A stretch of DNA of 64,000 nt, taken from assembly GCA_041391605.1 (NCBI GenBank), contig JAWKNQ010000008.1, forward strand, positions 10,732 through 74,731, read 5' to 3'. This document shows positions 41,666-52,432 of the stretch, piece after piece. The DNA is from Bacteroidia bacterium. Lineage in GTDB: Bacteria > Bacteroidota > Bacteroidia > NS11-12g > UBA955. The position numbers were made by a program, and so were the translations under genes. The notes below the pieces were generated by a model that was given only the letters and a program-made list of their open reading frames with translations, was not told the DNA's origin and searched no databases. How positions within the stretch are numbered: position 1 is the first letter of the stretch; the number at the start of each line of letters is the position of its first letter.

Positions 41666-42045
41666 TTGAAAAATACACCATCAAACTAAATACTTGCGTT
41701 AAAATTTGTAAAAGCTCCCGTGAAGTTCTTAATTGCATATCAATTACTTGCAAACACTATATATACTGCTTAAGATTGAAAGCAAAAGCAATGAAATCAA
41801 GTTTAGCATGTACCGATGTGGGAATTGGATAGGAAAATGGGATAAGCACCATTGGTGCGATTTTATTGATGTCCTAAATAAACATAAAACCAAACAAATA
41901 GAAAGACAGCAAAAAACCTCTAATGCAAAAGAAAAGTCAGTAGTAAAAATTGTCCATCTACTTGCGTAAATTATCCATTTTAAGAATATATATGTCATAT
42001 CATCTTTGCATCGTCAATGATGACATACATTAAAAAAAAATACAA

Positions 42046-42579
42046 ATGGTAAATTTTAAAGTTCCAAGCAGAGGAGAAGTATCTGCGAACAATCAAGAGA
42101 TTTTTGACAATCTAAACAAGGGTCTAGGTATGGTTCCTAACCTTTATGCAGTTATGGCACTATCTGATACAGCCTTAGAAAATTATCTTGCTTTCCAAAA
42201 TGCTAAAACCACTTTTTCAAACAAAGAAAAGCAAGCAGTTAATTTAGTTGTTAGTCAAGCTAATGAATGTCACTACTGTCAATCTGCACATACCTTATTA
42301 GGTAAAATGAATGGTTTAACTGAAGAGCAAACAATTGAAATTAGAAAAGGAAATGCTTCTTTTGATATTAAATTGAATGCCTTGGTTATCCTCGCAAAAG
42401 AAATAACTTCAAAGAAAGGCTTTGCTTCAACTGAAGCTGTGGATGCTTTTATAGAAGCTGGTTACTCAAAAGGTCAAGTTGTTGAATTGGTATTTTTAGT
42501 TGCAGAAAAAACTGCAATGAATTATGTTCAAGCGATTACAAAGGTGGAAATAGACTTTCCCCTTGCTGAAGAAATATAA
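42046..42579 (+). CDS. carboxymuconolactone decarboxylase (AhpD-like) family protein
   Basis: 177-aa ORF with ECHYCQSAHT, the CxxC-type core motif. Confidence 0.8.
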   Translation: MVNFKVPSRGEVSANNQEIFDNLNKGLGMVPNLYAVMALSDTALENYLAFQNAKTTFSNKEKQAVNLVVSQANECHYCQSAHTLLGKMNGLTEEQTIEIRKGNASFDIKLNALVILAKEITSKKGFASTEAVDAFIEAGYSKGQVVELVFLVAEKTAMNYVQAITKVEIDFPLAEEI

Positions 42580-42585
42580 TTAAAT

Positions 42586-42625
42586 AAAGGGATTACCTTA
42601 TTTCCTTTAAGGTAATCCCTTTTTA
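42586..42625 (+). terminator. rho-independent terminator
   Basis: AAAGGGATTACCTTA-TTTCCTT-TAAGGTAATCCCTTT (15-bp stem) followed by TTT. Confidence 0.85.
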
Positions 42626-42639
42626 AAACAAATAGAAAA

Positions 42640-43056
42640 ATGGAAAATATACGACACCCGATTCCCCCATTTAACATGGATACTGCTTTAAAGAAAGTGC
42701 AATCAGCCGAAGACACCTGGAATACAAAAGACCCTGAAAATGTTTCAATGGCCTACACTCTTGATACAGAATGGAGAAACAGAACCGAGTTTATAAATGG
42801 CAGAAATGAAGTTAAACAATTTCTAAAACGAAAATGGGAAAAAGAGTTGAAATACAAACTCAAAAAGGAATTGTGGGGGTTTCGAGAAAATAGAATTGCA
42901 GTTCGTTTTGAGTATGAGTGGCACGACATTAAAGGTCAATGGTTTCGTAGCTATGGTAATGAACTTTGGGAGTTTGACGAAAACGGATATATGAAAAAAC
43001 GATTTGCGAGTATTAATGATTTACCCATTAAAGAAACAGAACGCAAACTAAAATAA
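42640..43056 (+). CDS. DUF1348 (NTF2-like fold) family protein
   Basis: 138-aa ORF with [40 protein letters not shown]...RIAVRF.YEW. Confidence 0.7.
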   Translation: MENIRHPIPPFNMDTALKKVQSAEDTWNTKDPENVSMAYTLDTEWRNRTEFINGRNEVKQFLKRKWEKELKYKLKKELWGFRENRIAVRFEYEWHDIKGQWFRSYGNELWEFDENGYMKKRFASINDLPIKETERKLK

Positions 43057-43068
43057 TATCTTTGTAAA

Positions 43069-43945
43069 ATGACAAACCAAACAGTTTTCACATTGATAAA
43101 TCCTCAAAACGGAAACTTAGCATTTAAGCTTTTTTCATTTCAAGACAATTGTTATTTTGATCACATTCAACGTAACAATTACTATTCACTTATTTGGTTT
43201 ACACAAGGTAGCGGAAAAGTAAAAGTAGATTTTTTGGAATATGATTTTATTGCAAATAGTTTATTTGCATTTTCGCCATATCAACCCTTTATGTTGTCCA
43301 GATAATAATACAATTGGTGTCGCTTTGCAATTTCACCCTGACTTTTTTGCATTCACAAACATCAGGCAGAAGTTGCCTGCAATGTGCGTACTATTTAATA
43401 ATATTTACGCTCCACCATTTATTACTATGGACAAAAATTCCGCGTCAATATTTGAAATGTTGTTGAGCCAAATGAAAGCCGAAATGCAGAATCAAGAATT
43501 AGCACAATATGAACTATTAATTTCATACTTAAAAATATTTTTAATTAGAGCATCACGACTTAAAACTGAACAAGATCCACAGACATTGCAAGCAATCGCT
43601 CACATAAAAGAACCTTTTATCCTTCAAAGTTTGAAAGAAGCTATTGAAAAAGATTTTAAAACAAAACACTCTGCAAGCGATTACGCAAAAACATTAAACA
43701 TTTCATCCAAAGCTCTAGCCAAAATTACTAAGGCACATTTTAATAAAACGCTAACAGATTTAATTTCAGAAAGAATAATTATTGAAGCCAAACGAGAATT
43801 GTATTTAACCAACAAAACAGTAAAAGAAATTGCTTATGAATTGGGCTATCAAGATGAATACTATTTTAGTCGTTTCTTTAAAACCAATGCCGATATTTCA
43901 CCACAAATGTATCGTGATACAGTTGGATTTGGACGAGGTGTATAA
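43069..43945 (+). pseudogene. AraC family transcriptional regulator, single frameshift as assembled
   Basis: ORF 43069-43305 is the cupin-like N-terminus. ORF 43241-43945 carries the C-terminal HTH (SASDYAKTLNIS...EIAYELGYQDEYYFSRFFK). The frames meet near 43298-43301 (FMLS|DNNTIGVALQFHPDFF), where there is a 1-nt excess. Confidence 0.8.
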
Positions 43946-44218
43946 ATGAAATTAAAACAGTATTCTTCATCAAATGAAGATAACAAAACAAACATCCTCG
44001 GCTAAACACACCAGTACCTAACTGGTTTTTTGCAATAATGAGATATTTGTACTTAATTTGAGCATTGTACTTATAATGAACTGCGGTGCTAAATTGAAGG
44101 TTTGTTCTTCGGTTTCCCCATCTTCATATAGTTTGAAAACGTATTTCAAACTAATTAAATTTAAATTCCTGTTTATTGTAATCCATACCAAGAAAAACCC
44201 AAGTGAAAACCAAGACTC

Positions 44219-45073
44219 ATGAAACATCTATTTAATATACTATTCCTTACAGCAACCCTATCCTCTTATTCACAGTCTGTGCTAAAAGGCGACAATCTGT
44301 TCACTGAGTTCAATAAAATAAGTACCCCTTATTATTTTGATGCACCAAACTTCACAACTTGGGCTGAAGGTGAAAACATGCTTTTAATTGGTAACAAACC
44401 CGATATTAACGCTTGCAACTACGTTTTTCTCGCTTTGAAAGACACAAGTTTAATTGGTGTTTATAAAACTAAAGCACCTAGCTTTTTTCTGTTTGACACA
44501 AACGGCGATTCTATTTTAAACAGATCTTCCGAGTTATTTTATCTTCCTCTGTGGACAGTAAAAAACACGGCCAAGATTGATTCTTCTGATAAAACCATTT
44601 TAACAGTTCTTGACAAGCTGTATGAGAAAACCATGCAAGCGGACGAATTAGAACTAGACCAAGAAACGATTAATCAGTATCAGCAGTTTCAAACCGACAC
44701 TACTTTAGCAAACAGACATATTGCTTTACTTTTCGATACTTACCAAACCATTATAACTCAAACAACGGCTAAGGGAGTAGCCCCCCCTGCAAGTGTATGT
44801 ATTCCGTTAATGAAGTCTTTATCCGAAGAATGCATTATGCTTTACGAAAGCATACCAGTTATAGTGTGTATCTACATGGGTGAAACTCTTCAAAGCGCGG
44901 AAATGACAGATAAAGCAAGAGAGCACTTTAACTTGTCCTTACAGTTTTACCCTAACTCAATTCCATTATTGGTTTATCAAAATAAACTTGAGCAAGACCC
45001 CAAAAAGCAAAAAGAACAATTAAAAGCACTAAAAAAAAAGCACGGCAAACATTGGATGGTTAAAGGCTTGTAG
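44219..45073 (+). CDS. hypothetical secreted protein
   Basis: 284-aa ORF with a signal peptide (MKHLFNILFLTATLSSYSQ). Confidence 0.5.
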   Translation: MKHLFNILFLTATLSSYSQSVLKGDNLFTEFNKISTPYYFDAPNFTTWAEGENMLLIGNKPDINACNYVFLALKDTSLIGVYKTKAPSFFLFDTNGDSILNRSSELFYLPLWTVKNTAKIDSSDKTILTVLDKLYEKTMQADELELDQETINQYQQFQTDTTLANRHIALLFDTYQTIITQTTAKGVAPPASVCIPLMKSLSEECIMLYESIPVIVCIYMGETLQSAEMTDKAREHFNLSLQFYPNSIPLLVYQNKLEQDPKKQKEQLKALKKKHGKHWMVKGL

Positions 45074-45125
45074 ATTCGGATTTCTGAATCAGATTTTAGG
45101 TATAAAAAATAAACTCTAAATATAT

Positions 45126-45153
45126 GGTTAACAAAACTAGAAACAAACTATTG
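45126..45153 (+). promoter_or_regulatory. conserved island motif, instance H (partial)
   Basis: GGTTAACAAAACTAGAAACAAACTATTG lies about 58 nt upstream of the 45211 start and matches the first half of the motif. Confidence 0.4.
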
Positions 45154-45210
45154 AAAACAAAAAACCCTAATCAACTCGGTCGATTGAACAACTTATAAGA
45201 ATTACTCCCA

Positions 45211-46131
45211 ATGAAACGCCTAGTTCTATTCACGCTCATTCATACATTGCTTGCTCAAATTTCAATTGCACAAACCGTTAGCGATTTTGATGGTAATGTG
45301 TACTCAACTATTCAAATTGGTAATCAAACTTGGATGAAGGAGAATTTGAAAACAACCCACTTCAATAATGGAGTCCCTATTCCAAGTACTACATCAAATG
45401 TATTGGTCGACTCGACTTCTTTATTTCAATGGGCTTACAACAACGACACCTCTAATATCCCAATTTACGGAAGACTTTATACATGGTTTGCAGTTGTAAA
45501 CGCCCAAAATGTTTGCCCAAGCGGATGGCATGTTCCAGATAATTCAGAATGGGTAGAATTAAGTAATTTCTTAGGAGGGGACACCGTTGCAGGAGGAAAA
45601 ATGAAAGAAACTGGACAAACACATTGGGCCCTTACGGATAGCTCGGTCGACAATTCTAGTCAATTTACTGGTCTTCCGGCTGGCTTTCGCGGCAATCCAT
45701 CTGGTTTCAGTCAACTTACTACTTTAGGAGCCTTTTGGAGCACTACACCATTTGGAAGTAGCTCATTTCAAAGAGGCTTTAGATATGAATTAAAAGCGGG
45801 GAACAGTCAATTCACGGAAAATATCGCAGTTGCAAACTGTGGTTTCTCGGTTCGATGTATAAAAAACGCAACTACAAAACTTGATGACGTAGAGATGAAG
45901 AGCACAATACAAGTCTTTCCAAATCCAAGCTCAACAAGTCTTCAAGTGTCCAAAGAAAAACAGAATGTCTTAGCCTACTACATATACAATGCAGAAGGAA
46001 AACTAATCGTTCATGAAAATATATTTAATGCACTTGAACCTATTCCAGTACAAACATTAGAAAAAGGAATATACATCATCCGCATAGTTTTTAAAGATTA
46101 TGAAATTGAACGCAAATTTATAAAGGAGTAG
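45211..46131 (+). CDS. FISUMP (Fibrobacter succinogenes major paralogous) domain protein with T9SS C-terminal domain
   Basis: DFDGNVYSTIQIGNQTWMKENL, YGRLYTW, CPSGWHVPDNSEW and GLPAGFR. The CTD is VFPNPSSTSLQV...GIYIIRIVF. Confidence 0.8.
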   Translation: MKRLVLFTLIHTLLAQISIAQTVSDFDGNVYSTIQIGNQTWMKENLKTTHFNNGVPIPSTTSNVLVDSTSLFQWAYNNDTSNIPIYGRLYTWFAVVNAQNVCPSGWHVPDNSEWVELSNFLGGDTVAGGKMKETGQTHWALTDSSVDNSSQFTGLPAGFRGNPSGFSQLTTLGAFWSTTPFGSSSFQRGFRYELKAGNSQFTENIAVANCGFSVRCIKNATTKLDDVEMKSTIQVFPNPSSTSLQVSKEKQNVLAYYIYNAEGKLIVHENIFNALEPIPVQTLEKGIYIIRIVFKDYEIERKFIKE

Positions 46132-46225
46132 TAAATAGGAAAATCATAACAATTAAAACTATGAGCTGAGGTGATTGGGGTTTATTAATGGATAAAAGAG
46201 GCTTTTTATAGAATTAGCAAATTAG

Positions 46226-46263
46226 TTTGGAGAACAAAACTAGAAATAGGAAATTGCAGAAGG
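46226..46263 (+). promoter_or_regulatory. conserved island motif, instance A (reference copy)
   Basis: TTTGGAGAACAAAACTAGAAATAGGAAATTGCAGAAGG ends 54 nt upstream of the 46318 start. Confidence 0.8.
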
Positions 46264-46317
46264 AAATGAATTCATTCCGCAAATTTAAATTGACATTAAA
46301 AATTGTAAATCAATAAA

Positions 46318-48102
46318 GTGAACTTGAATAAACTTGTATTAATTTCTGTTTTCTTAATTCAAAACTGTATTGGTTTATTGAGTCAAAACAAAAGCTTTCA
46401 TTCGAAAGAACTGACTAAGCATGAATTGTCCAACATTGCAGCCTTTGCCAAGTTATATGGCTATGTTAGACATTTCTACCCTTCCACTGAGGTAGAAGAA
46501 ATGAGGAATTGGGAACAACTGATAGCAGTTAACCTTCCATACATAGAACAGTCGCAAGATGTATTGGATTTGAAAAGAAACTTTATCCAAATATTCTCAC
46601 CTTATGCACCACTTTTAAGAATTAATGACACTATTGATTCTGTATATAAATTCCCTCAAAAACAATACATTGTTTATAGAAAAAATAAAGGCTGGGGAAA
46701 TAGAGGAGAAAATGCCACTCGAGTTAATTTTATTTACACATCAGAATTAATTTGGGTTCCAATAGACAGTGTATTGCCTGATGGCATCCTATCTCCAAAC
46801 CAAAGATTAAATAAAAAAGTTAACAACGACATTAGCATTTCATGGCCTATGTCGGTTTATGCTGATGACAGCTTTACACTTCCTCATAATTCAGCTTTTA
46901 AACTTGATACAAGCAAATACAACTTCACGGTCGAAAACAGATTTGTTAGAATGGGTTGTATCATTGAATTGTGGAATGTTATGCAACACTTTTATCCCTA
47001 CATGGATGTCATGAAAATTCAGAATGATTCTCTTCTAGAAAAATACTTACAACTTGCATCTGAAGCACAAAATGAAAACGATTTCTTTCATATATTAGAA
47101 CTATTTGGGGCAGAATACAAGGATGGTCATGCGGCATTTATGCCTTATCCATATTCAAGTTGGGAAGATTATGTGCCTCCAATTCGCTTGGATTGGATTG
47201 AAAACAAATTAATAGTAACATATTCTGAATACAGCGACTCATCGAATTTAAAAGTTGGTGATGAAGTCATTTACATTGACTATATTTCATCAGAAGAATA
47301 TTTCAAGAACAAAAGTGCAAGAGTTTCATCAGCTACAGCCACATGGAATTCATACTATAGTTGTAAAGAGATACTATGCGGCAAACTAAATAGCACAATA
47401 TCACTTCAAATTAAAACCGAAAATGGCAAAATTAGAACAAGAACATTCAAAAGAACTTTAAAAGTTGATGGACTAGAAAAAAAAGCAAATACAAGAACAC
47501 TTATCAATGAGTATTCTCCTGCTTATTATTATATTGACTTATGCAATTTAACTGATTCTATTCTCCAAGAATTAGAACAATCTATACTTCCTTTGGCAAA
47601 AGGAATAGTGTTTGATATGCGCGGATATCCCAGGATTCATGTAGAGAAATTATTTCGACATTTATACCAAGACACCATGTATTCTGCAATTTGGCAAATT
47701 CCAATTTCATATTTCCCAGATCAAGATAAGCGCAATGTGCAAATGGATACTTCAGGTCGGTGGATAATTGCTCCTTCCCTACCTCGATTCACGAATAATG
47801 TTGTTTTTATAATAGATGGCAGAGTGATTAGTGCTGCTGAAACAGAAATGGGAATTGTAGAAAACTACAAATTAGGCAAAATAATTGGTGAGCAGAGTGC
47901 AGGGACTAACGGGAATGTTAATTCGTTTAAAATTTACGGATTGTATATGTTTTGGTTTACAGGAATGAAGGTAATAAAACACGATGGAAGCAGACATCAT
48001 GGTGTAGGCATACTTCCAAATGTCATTGTCAAAAAAACCATTCAAGATGTAAGAGAAGGGCGAGATCCTTTCATTGAAACAGCAAAAAGACAACTGCATT
48101 AA
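46318..48102 (+). CDS. S41-family (tail-specific/C-terminal processing) peptidase-like protein
   Basis: 594-aa ORF with a GTG start and a signal peptide. It has IVFDMRGYPR and VVFIIDGRVISAAETEMG...GEQSAGTNG, which resemble the S41 catalytic-region motifs. Confidence 0.6.
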   Translation: MNLNKLVLISVFLIQNCIGLLSQNKSFHSKELTKHELSNIAAFAKLYGYVRHFYPSTEVEEMRNWEQLIAVNLPYIEQSQDVLDLKRNFIQIFSPYAPLLRINDTIDSVYKFPQKQYIVYRKNKGWGNRGENATRVNFIYTSELIWVPIDSVLPDGILSPNQRLNKKVNNDISISWPMSVYADDSFTLPHNSAFKLDTSKYNFTVENRFVRMGCIIELWNVMQHFYPYMDVMKIQNDSLLEKYLQLASEAQNENDFFHILELFGAEYKDGHAAFMPYPYSSWEDYVPPIRLDWIENKLIVTYSEYSDSSNLKVGDEVIYIDYISSEEYFKNKSARVSSATATWNSYYSCKEILCGKLNSTISLQIKTENGKIRTRTFKRTLKVDGLEKKANTRTLINEYSPAYYYIDLCNLTDSILQELEQSILPLAKGIVFDMRGYPRIHVEKLFRHLYQDTMYSAIWQIPISYFPDQDKRNVQMDTSGRWIIAPSLPRFTNNVVFIIDGRVISAAETEMGIVENYKLGKIIGEQSAGTNGNVNSFKIYGLYMFWFTGMKVIKHDGSRHHGVGILPNVIVKKTIQDVREGRDPFIETAKRQLH

Positions 48103-48179
48103 AAATCTACTGAATAAGCATTCAAAACAACTAAAACCAACTAAGTTCTTTTACAACCTATAAATTAAATATACAATAA

Positions 48180-48217
48180 TTTGGAGAACAAAACTAGAAA
48201 TAGGAAATTGCAAAGTG
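48180..48217 (+). promoter_or_regulatory. conserved island motif, instance B
   Basis: TTTGGAGAACAAAACTAGAAATAGGAAATTGCAAAGTG is identical to instance A over the first 34 nt. It ends 17 nt upstream of the 48235 start. Confidence 0.8.
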
Positions 48218-48234
48218 AAAATTGAATCAACTCA

Positions 48235-49374
48235 ATGAAAAAACTTCTTCTTTTAAATGTCTTATTCCTACTCTCCACAGTTTCGTATGCTCAGAATCTT
48301 TCTCCGCTAGGTGAACTTGAAAATATAGAAACGTATGAAGTCCATGATTATGCAAAGTATAAAAGCTTAACTGAATTGACAAAGGATGTAGAGTCTGATT
48401 CTATAAAGAGTCTACTATTTCACGATCAAAGTAAATTCCCTACTGGTCTTGGCAAGCTTAAAAACCTGCAAAGTGTAGAGTTCTATTCCTGTGAGGATTT
48501 AAATTACAGCGACTTATTAAAGGAATGCCTTAAGCTTAATCATTTAATTGAGTTAACTCTTTCTGGTCTATCAGAACAAGAATTTCCTCTCGAAATTTAT
48601 CAACTCACTAAACTTAAAAAACTGACGCTTGCTGGAAATAATTTCAAGACCCTTCCTACAGGTTTGGATAAACTTAGCAACTTAGAAATTCTTATTTTAG
48701 GTGACCATCTAACAGGAGGCAACGATATCCAGACTTTCCCTCAAGAAATAGTCAATCTTAAAAACTTGAGAATTCTCAGCTTGGTAGGGAATACTGAGCT
48801 TATCCTTGATAGTAATTTTTATGGCTTACATCAATTAGAAGAACTCAATTTGAGTTTTGTATCGAATTTAGATTTTAATAAAACTTGTAATTCATTTCCC
48901 AACCTAAAAAAACTAATTATAACCGGAATAGACCAAAGGACATGGGAAGGCATCTCAGGTTTAAGTCAATTGGAATTTCTTTCAATGGATTACGATTCTG
49001 AATTACACAGTTTAGGTAAAGATTTTTCAAAGTTGTCTAATTTAGAAACATTGGATATTCACATAGATAGTCAGTTAAACTTTAATGAGGAGATTGCAAA
49101 AATTGCCGCATTACCTAAACTTAAGTCGCTATCACTTACAATTACCAATCGCGAAAAGTTTGAATTACCGACGGATGGATTTAAATCTCTACGGATGCTA
49201 AGAATAGACAATAGAACTAAAACAAGTATAAGTCAAGTTATTGAAATGGTATCCCAATACCCGAGTTTGGAACGTCTAGATTTGATGCTTCGATTTCGCA
49301 ATCTTACCCATGAAGAAGAGATTGCATTACAGAAACTGTCAGAAACAATTGAGGTGGTAGGATTGAAGAATTAA
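48235..49374 (+). CDS. leucine-rich repeat (LRR) protein, secreted
   Basis: 379-aa ORF with a signal peptide and tandem repeats of the type L..L..L.L..N. Confidence 0.8.
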   Translation: MKKLLLLNVLFLLSTVSYAQNLSPLGELENIETYEVHDYAKYKSLTELTKDVESDSIKSLLFHDQSKFPTGLGKLKNLQSVEFYSCEDLNYSDLLKECLKLNHLIELTLSGLSEQEFPLEIYQLTKLKKLTLAGNNFKTLPTGLDKLSNLEILILGDHLTGGNDIQTFPQEIVNLKNLRILSLVGNTELILDSNFYGLHQLEELNLSFVSNLDFNKTCNSFPNLKKLIITGIDQRTWEGISGLSQLEFLSMDYDSELHSLGKDFSKLSNLETLDIHIDSQLNFNEEIAKIAALPKLKSLSLTITNREKFELPTDGFKSLRMLRIDNRTKTSISQVIEMVSQYPSLERLDLMLRFRNLTHEEEIALQKLSETIEVVGLKN

Positions 49375-49608
49375 GAGTAATATTTATTAAATTGATATCT
49401 AATTTGATTGGAGAATCAAAAAGAATTGAAGAAACCTATTAAATTAATTGCCATACTTGAGAAAAGCTACTACTACAAAACACGAATAAGTGATACATGC
49501 ACTTCGCAAATTGCTATGACGACTAAAAAATATATTATTAGACAAAATGACGAATAGATACTCTTAATAAAATAAATCTTAAAACGTTAGGAAATCAAGG
49601 ATAGATAA

Positions 49609-49624
49609 TAGAAATTGCAGAAGG
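49609..49624 (+). promoter_or_regulatory. conserved island motif, instance C (second half only; the first-half-like GATTGGAGAATCAAAAAGAA lies about 200 bp upstream at ~49405)
   Basis: TAGAAATTGCAGAAGG ends 51 nt upstream of the 49676 start. It is preceded at 49582-49592 by AAAACGTTAGG, the same string that ends attC sites 1 and 2. Confidence 0.45.
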
Positions 49625-49675
49625 AACAGGTTTGAGTTAACAATAGAAATTTAAATAATAAAGAAAGTTCATTCG

Positions 49676-50395
49676 ATGAAATTGACATCAATAAATAGCC
49701 TTTTGCTTTGGTTAATCATCTTTACCGCTTGTTCTCCAAATAGATCAGAAGACAATTTAAAGGTTAGCAAATATTGCGCAAATGAAATAAGTCTTTTTTC
49801 AGTTCCAGACTCCCTTCAAAGTATAAAAATAGACTACAGTTTGAAGCCTGATTCATTTTTTAACACCATCGCAAATAAACTTAACAAAGATTTATGTTGG
49901 AAAATGACAAGTTTCGGATTAAAGTTAAACACTAGTGAACCTATTAAAGTTCAACTTTTTGACAAATGTGAGGATGGAATAAATAGATGTGGATTTCGCA
50001 GACCTGAAGTTAGAATTCTATTGAACCAAACTGGCAAGTTAATGATTGAACGTGATATTATTCCTATAGATTCAGTCAAATACTGGATCTATAAACATTT
50101 CCCAAATAGTGTAGAATATGATTTGGAAGAAATCTCATTTGAATGGGCAATTGAAGCAAATAAAGATAGTATAGAAAAAGTATTTTCCAATATCATTGAT
50201 GGATATTTATTGAAATATGAGAAACTGGCTAAGGTTTCTTTCTCAAAAAACATTTGCAATATATCCAAGTCACAAGTAGACAGTTTAAAATCAATTCTTC
50301 CTTTTAAAGTAAGATTAGGGATAAAAAGGATAATAAAACTCCCCCCAATCCCATCTTCAGAAAAATTAAAAACTAAATATAAACTAGATAAATAA
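49676..50395 (+). CDS. hypothetical lipoprotein
   Basis: 239-aa ORF with the lipobox IIFTACSP. Confidence 0.5.
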   Translation: MKLTSINSLLLWLIIFTACSPNRSEDNLKVSKYCANEISLFSVPDSLQSIKIDYSLKPDSFFNTIANKLNKDLCWKMTSFGLKLNTSEPIKVQLFDKCEDGINRCGFRRPEVRILLNQTGKLMIERDIIPIDSVKYWIYKHFPNSVEYDLEEISFEWAIEANKDSIEKVFSNIIDGYLLKYEKLAKVSFSKNICNISKSQVDSLKSILPFKVRLGIKRIIKLPPIPSSEKLKTKYKLDK

Positions 50396-50413
50396 AGAAA
50401 CAATCAAGAAAAC

Positions 50414-51037
50414 ATGATAAATAAATTTTTAAAAGCAAAGCATTGGCAATTATTTCTTATGACTTTTGGGATACCATTGGTGATTCATTCAATCGTAATG
50501 GCGACTATAATTGAAAAATTAGAATCCAAAGTCAACCCAGATCCTGAACTTCTATTCAACTATCTTCAAATTTTCACCTTAATGATGATACTTTTCATGG
50601 CTGTTTTCCTTGGGTGGTTCTGGTCGGTGGCTATTGGATTACAAAGACTAATTCCGAGTAATTTAAAATTGAATGTCAATAAATTTAAAGTTTTTCTTTT
50701 AATTCCAGCGGTTTACATTTTACTTTTTCTTGCATATTTCATGACGGCTTTCACTGCTGGAAACCCAGTATTAGGGATGTTTTTTATAATCATTCCTCTT
50801 CATTTGTTTTCGATGTTTTGCTTATTCTACTGCCTATACTTTGTTGCTAAAACTATAAAAATAGCAGAATTAAAACGTCAAGTTTCCTTCGGCGATTTCG
50901 CAGGAGAATTTTTCTTAATATGGTTCTACCCAGTTGGAATTTGGATTGTTCAACCAAAGATTAATGCTATGATGAAGGAAATAGAAGATAATACTGATGA
51001 CAATTTGAACATAAATCAACACCTTAAGTCTTTTTAA
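50414..51037 (+). CDS. hypothetical integral membrane protein
   Basis: 207-aa ORF with 5-6 hydrophobic helices. Confidence 0.5.
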   Translation: MINKFLKAKHWQLFLMTFGIPLVIHSIVMATIIEKLESKVNPDPELLFNYLQIFTLMMILFMAVFLGWFWSVAIGLQRLIPSNLKLNVNKFKVFLLIPAVYILLFLAYFMTAFTAGNPVLGMFFIIIPLHLFSMFCLFYCLYFVAKTIKIAELKRQVSFGDFAGEFFLIWFYPVGIWIVQPKINAMMKEIEDNTDDNLNINQHLKSF

Positions 51038-51073
51038 TTACACCTAGCTTACAAAGAAGAATTACTAAAAACC

Positions 51074-51101
51074 TTTAGAATTCAAAGTAGAAATTGCAAG
51101 G
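51074..51101 (+). promoter_or_regulatory. conserved island motif, instance D (shortened)
   Basis: TTTAGAATTCAAAGTAGAAATTGCAAGG lies about 90 nt upstream of the 51193 start. Confidence 0.45.
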
Positions 51102-51192
51102 AATTTCATAGATCGCAAACCAAAGGTATTTGATTGCTTCTTTCATTAGGAAGATTAATAGATGCAAAACAAAAACAATTAAATAAATATAA

Positions 51193-51759
51193 ATGGAAAA
51201 ACACAAGGTAATTGGCATTGTAATCCTAGTGATTCTGATGTCCTGCAATTCAACGAAAAAATCGATTTCCTCAACTGATGAAACAGTAAATGAAGTTTCT
51301 GAATTTGAACGCATATACGATGATCAATTTATTAATGTAATCCCTACTCTTCAATTACCATTTACAATTAATTGTGGTCATGTCGAATTTATTATGGATG
51401 AAAGTTCTAGAGAAAACTTAAGACCATTTTGTCCAGCTGGATACAATTTAATAGGAAAGATTGGGACAAAAGGCACAAACAATTTAGTGCTTTATATAGA
51501 AGATAATCCTGAGGCTAAACCTGTCCTGACTATCACAGACAATGCAGGAACTAATATGAAATTTTATAGTTTATATAAAAATCCGTGTTATGAATCAGAT
51601 ACAGTTGCTTTTTACTCTACCGCAACCATTATTTCCGACAAGTTAATTTCAATTGAAAATTCAATGGTGTTTAAAAATGGGCTTCGCGACTCAATGATAG
51701 TCAGAAAAAAAGCACTTGATATCATAAACACCGACATACTTGAAAGAAATATCGAATAA
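51193..51759 (+). CDS. hypothetical lipoprotein
   Basis: 188-aa ORF with the lipobox ILMSCNS. Confidence 0.5.
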   Translation: MEKHKVIGIVILVILMSCNSTKKSISSTDETVNEVSEFERIYDDQFINVIPTLQLPFTINCGHVEFIMDESSRENLRPFCPAGYNLIGKIGTKGTNNLVLYIEDNPEAKPVLTITDNAGTNMKFYSLYKNPCYESDTVAFYSTATIISDKLISIENSMVFKNGLRDSMIVRKKALDIINTDILERNIE

Positions 51760-51763
51760 GTAA

Positions 51764-52300
51764 ATGGGTTTTGGCTTTTATATACTATTTGTATTTGTTG
51801 TTATTCCTCTGACAGTAGTCCTTGGAGTAATTTGGTTGCTTACACATAATAGAATCTACGGTACCATGATTGCCATTGTCTGGCTATTGATTATAGGACT
51901 CGTTTTGTTTGTCTTGACCGCTAATTTTTTCACAGCACCAAAAAGCATTACAAAGGAAGACATTTATGGCGAATATGTAATTGATCGAGACAAATACCCC
52001 GGTTATCAAGCGGATTGGCAATACAATCATTTTCGTTTTGAGATTACCAAAGACAATGCCTTTGTTTTTCATGAAACGGATAAAGACAAAATCACAAAGA
52101 CATATACAGGTACTGTTTCCTTCAGAGAATCAAATGTTGCCCCGAGAATCACGCTCCACGTCGACTTACCTAGAAACCATATTATCGAAAATGAGCCAAC
52201 ACTTTATCGAAAAGCATTCTCGTTTTACTATGTCTTTAAATCGCCGAAATTTGGAAACGTCTTTTTCACAAAGGGGAAATGGAAACCCTTTGAATACTAA
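51764..52300 (+). CDS. hypothetical membrane-anchored protein
   Basis: 178-aa ORF with two N-terminal TM helices. Confidence 0.5.
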   Translation: MGFGFYILFVFVVIPLTVVLGVIWLLTHNRIYGTMIAIVWLLIIGLVLFVLTANFFTAPKSITKEDIYGEYVIDRDKYPGYQADWQYNHFRFEITKDNAFVFHETDKDKITKTYTGTVSFRESNVAPRITLHVDLPRNHIIENEPTLYRKAFSFYYVFKSPKFGNVFFTKGKWKPFEY

Positions 52301-52315
52301 ATATTTGTCAAATGG

Positions 52316-52354
52316 TTTGGAAAACATCAATGGAAATAGAGAATTGTATAGGGG
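52316..52354 (+). promoter_or_regulatory. conserved island motif, instance I
   Basis: TTTGGAAAACATCAATGGAAATAGAGAATTGTATAGGGG lies about 78 nt upstream of the 52433 start. Confidence 0.55.
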
Positions 52355-52432
52355 AATTAAAATACACTTATTATTCAGAACAGAAGAGAAAAACAAAGTG
52401 ATACAATAAGTAGATTATTATTTATATAAGAA

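Noticed and set aside
41666-42045. Short ORFs of 78-84 aa on both strands after attC-like site 4, and a palindrome ATGTCATATCAT...ATGATGACAT at about 41993-42026 upstream of the CMD gene.
   Set aside because: The ORFs overlap each other on opposite strands and lack recognisable features. The segment may be an empty or degenerate cassette. The palindrome may be an operator, for instance for the nearby AraC regulator, but a single imperfect dyad is not enough evidence to annotate.
46226-46263. Reading the conserved motif's TTGCA as a sigma-54 -12 element.
   Set aside because: Sigma-54 promoters need GG about 10 nt upstream of GC (TGGCAC-N5-TTGCA). Here the nearest GG is 5 nt away (AGGAAATTGCA) and the other GG is 27 nt away, so the spacing does not fit.
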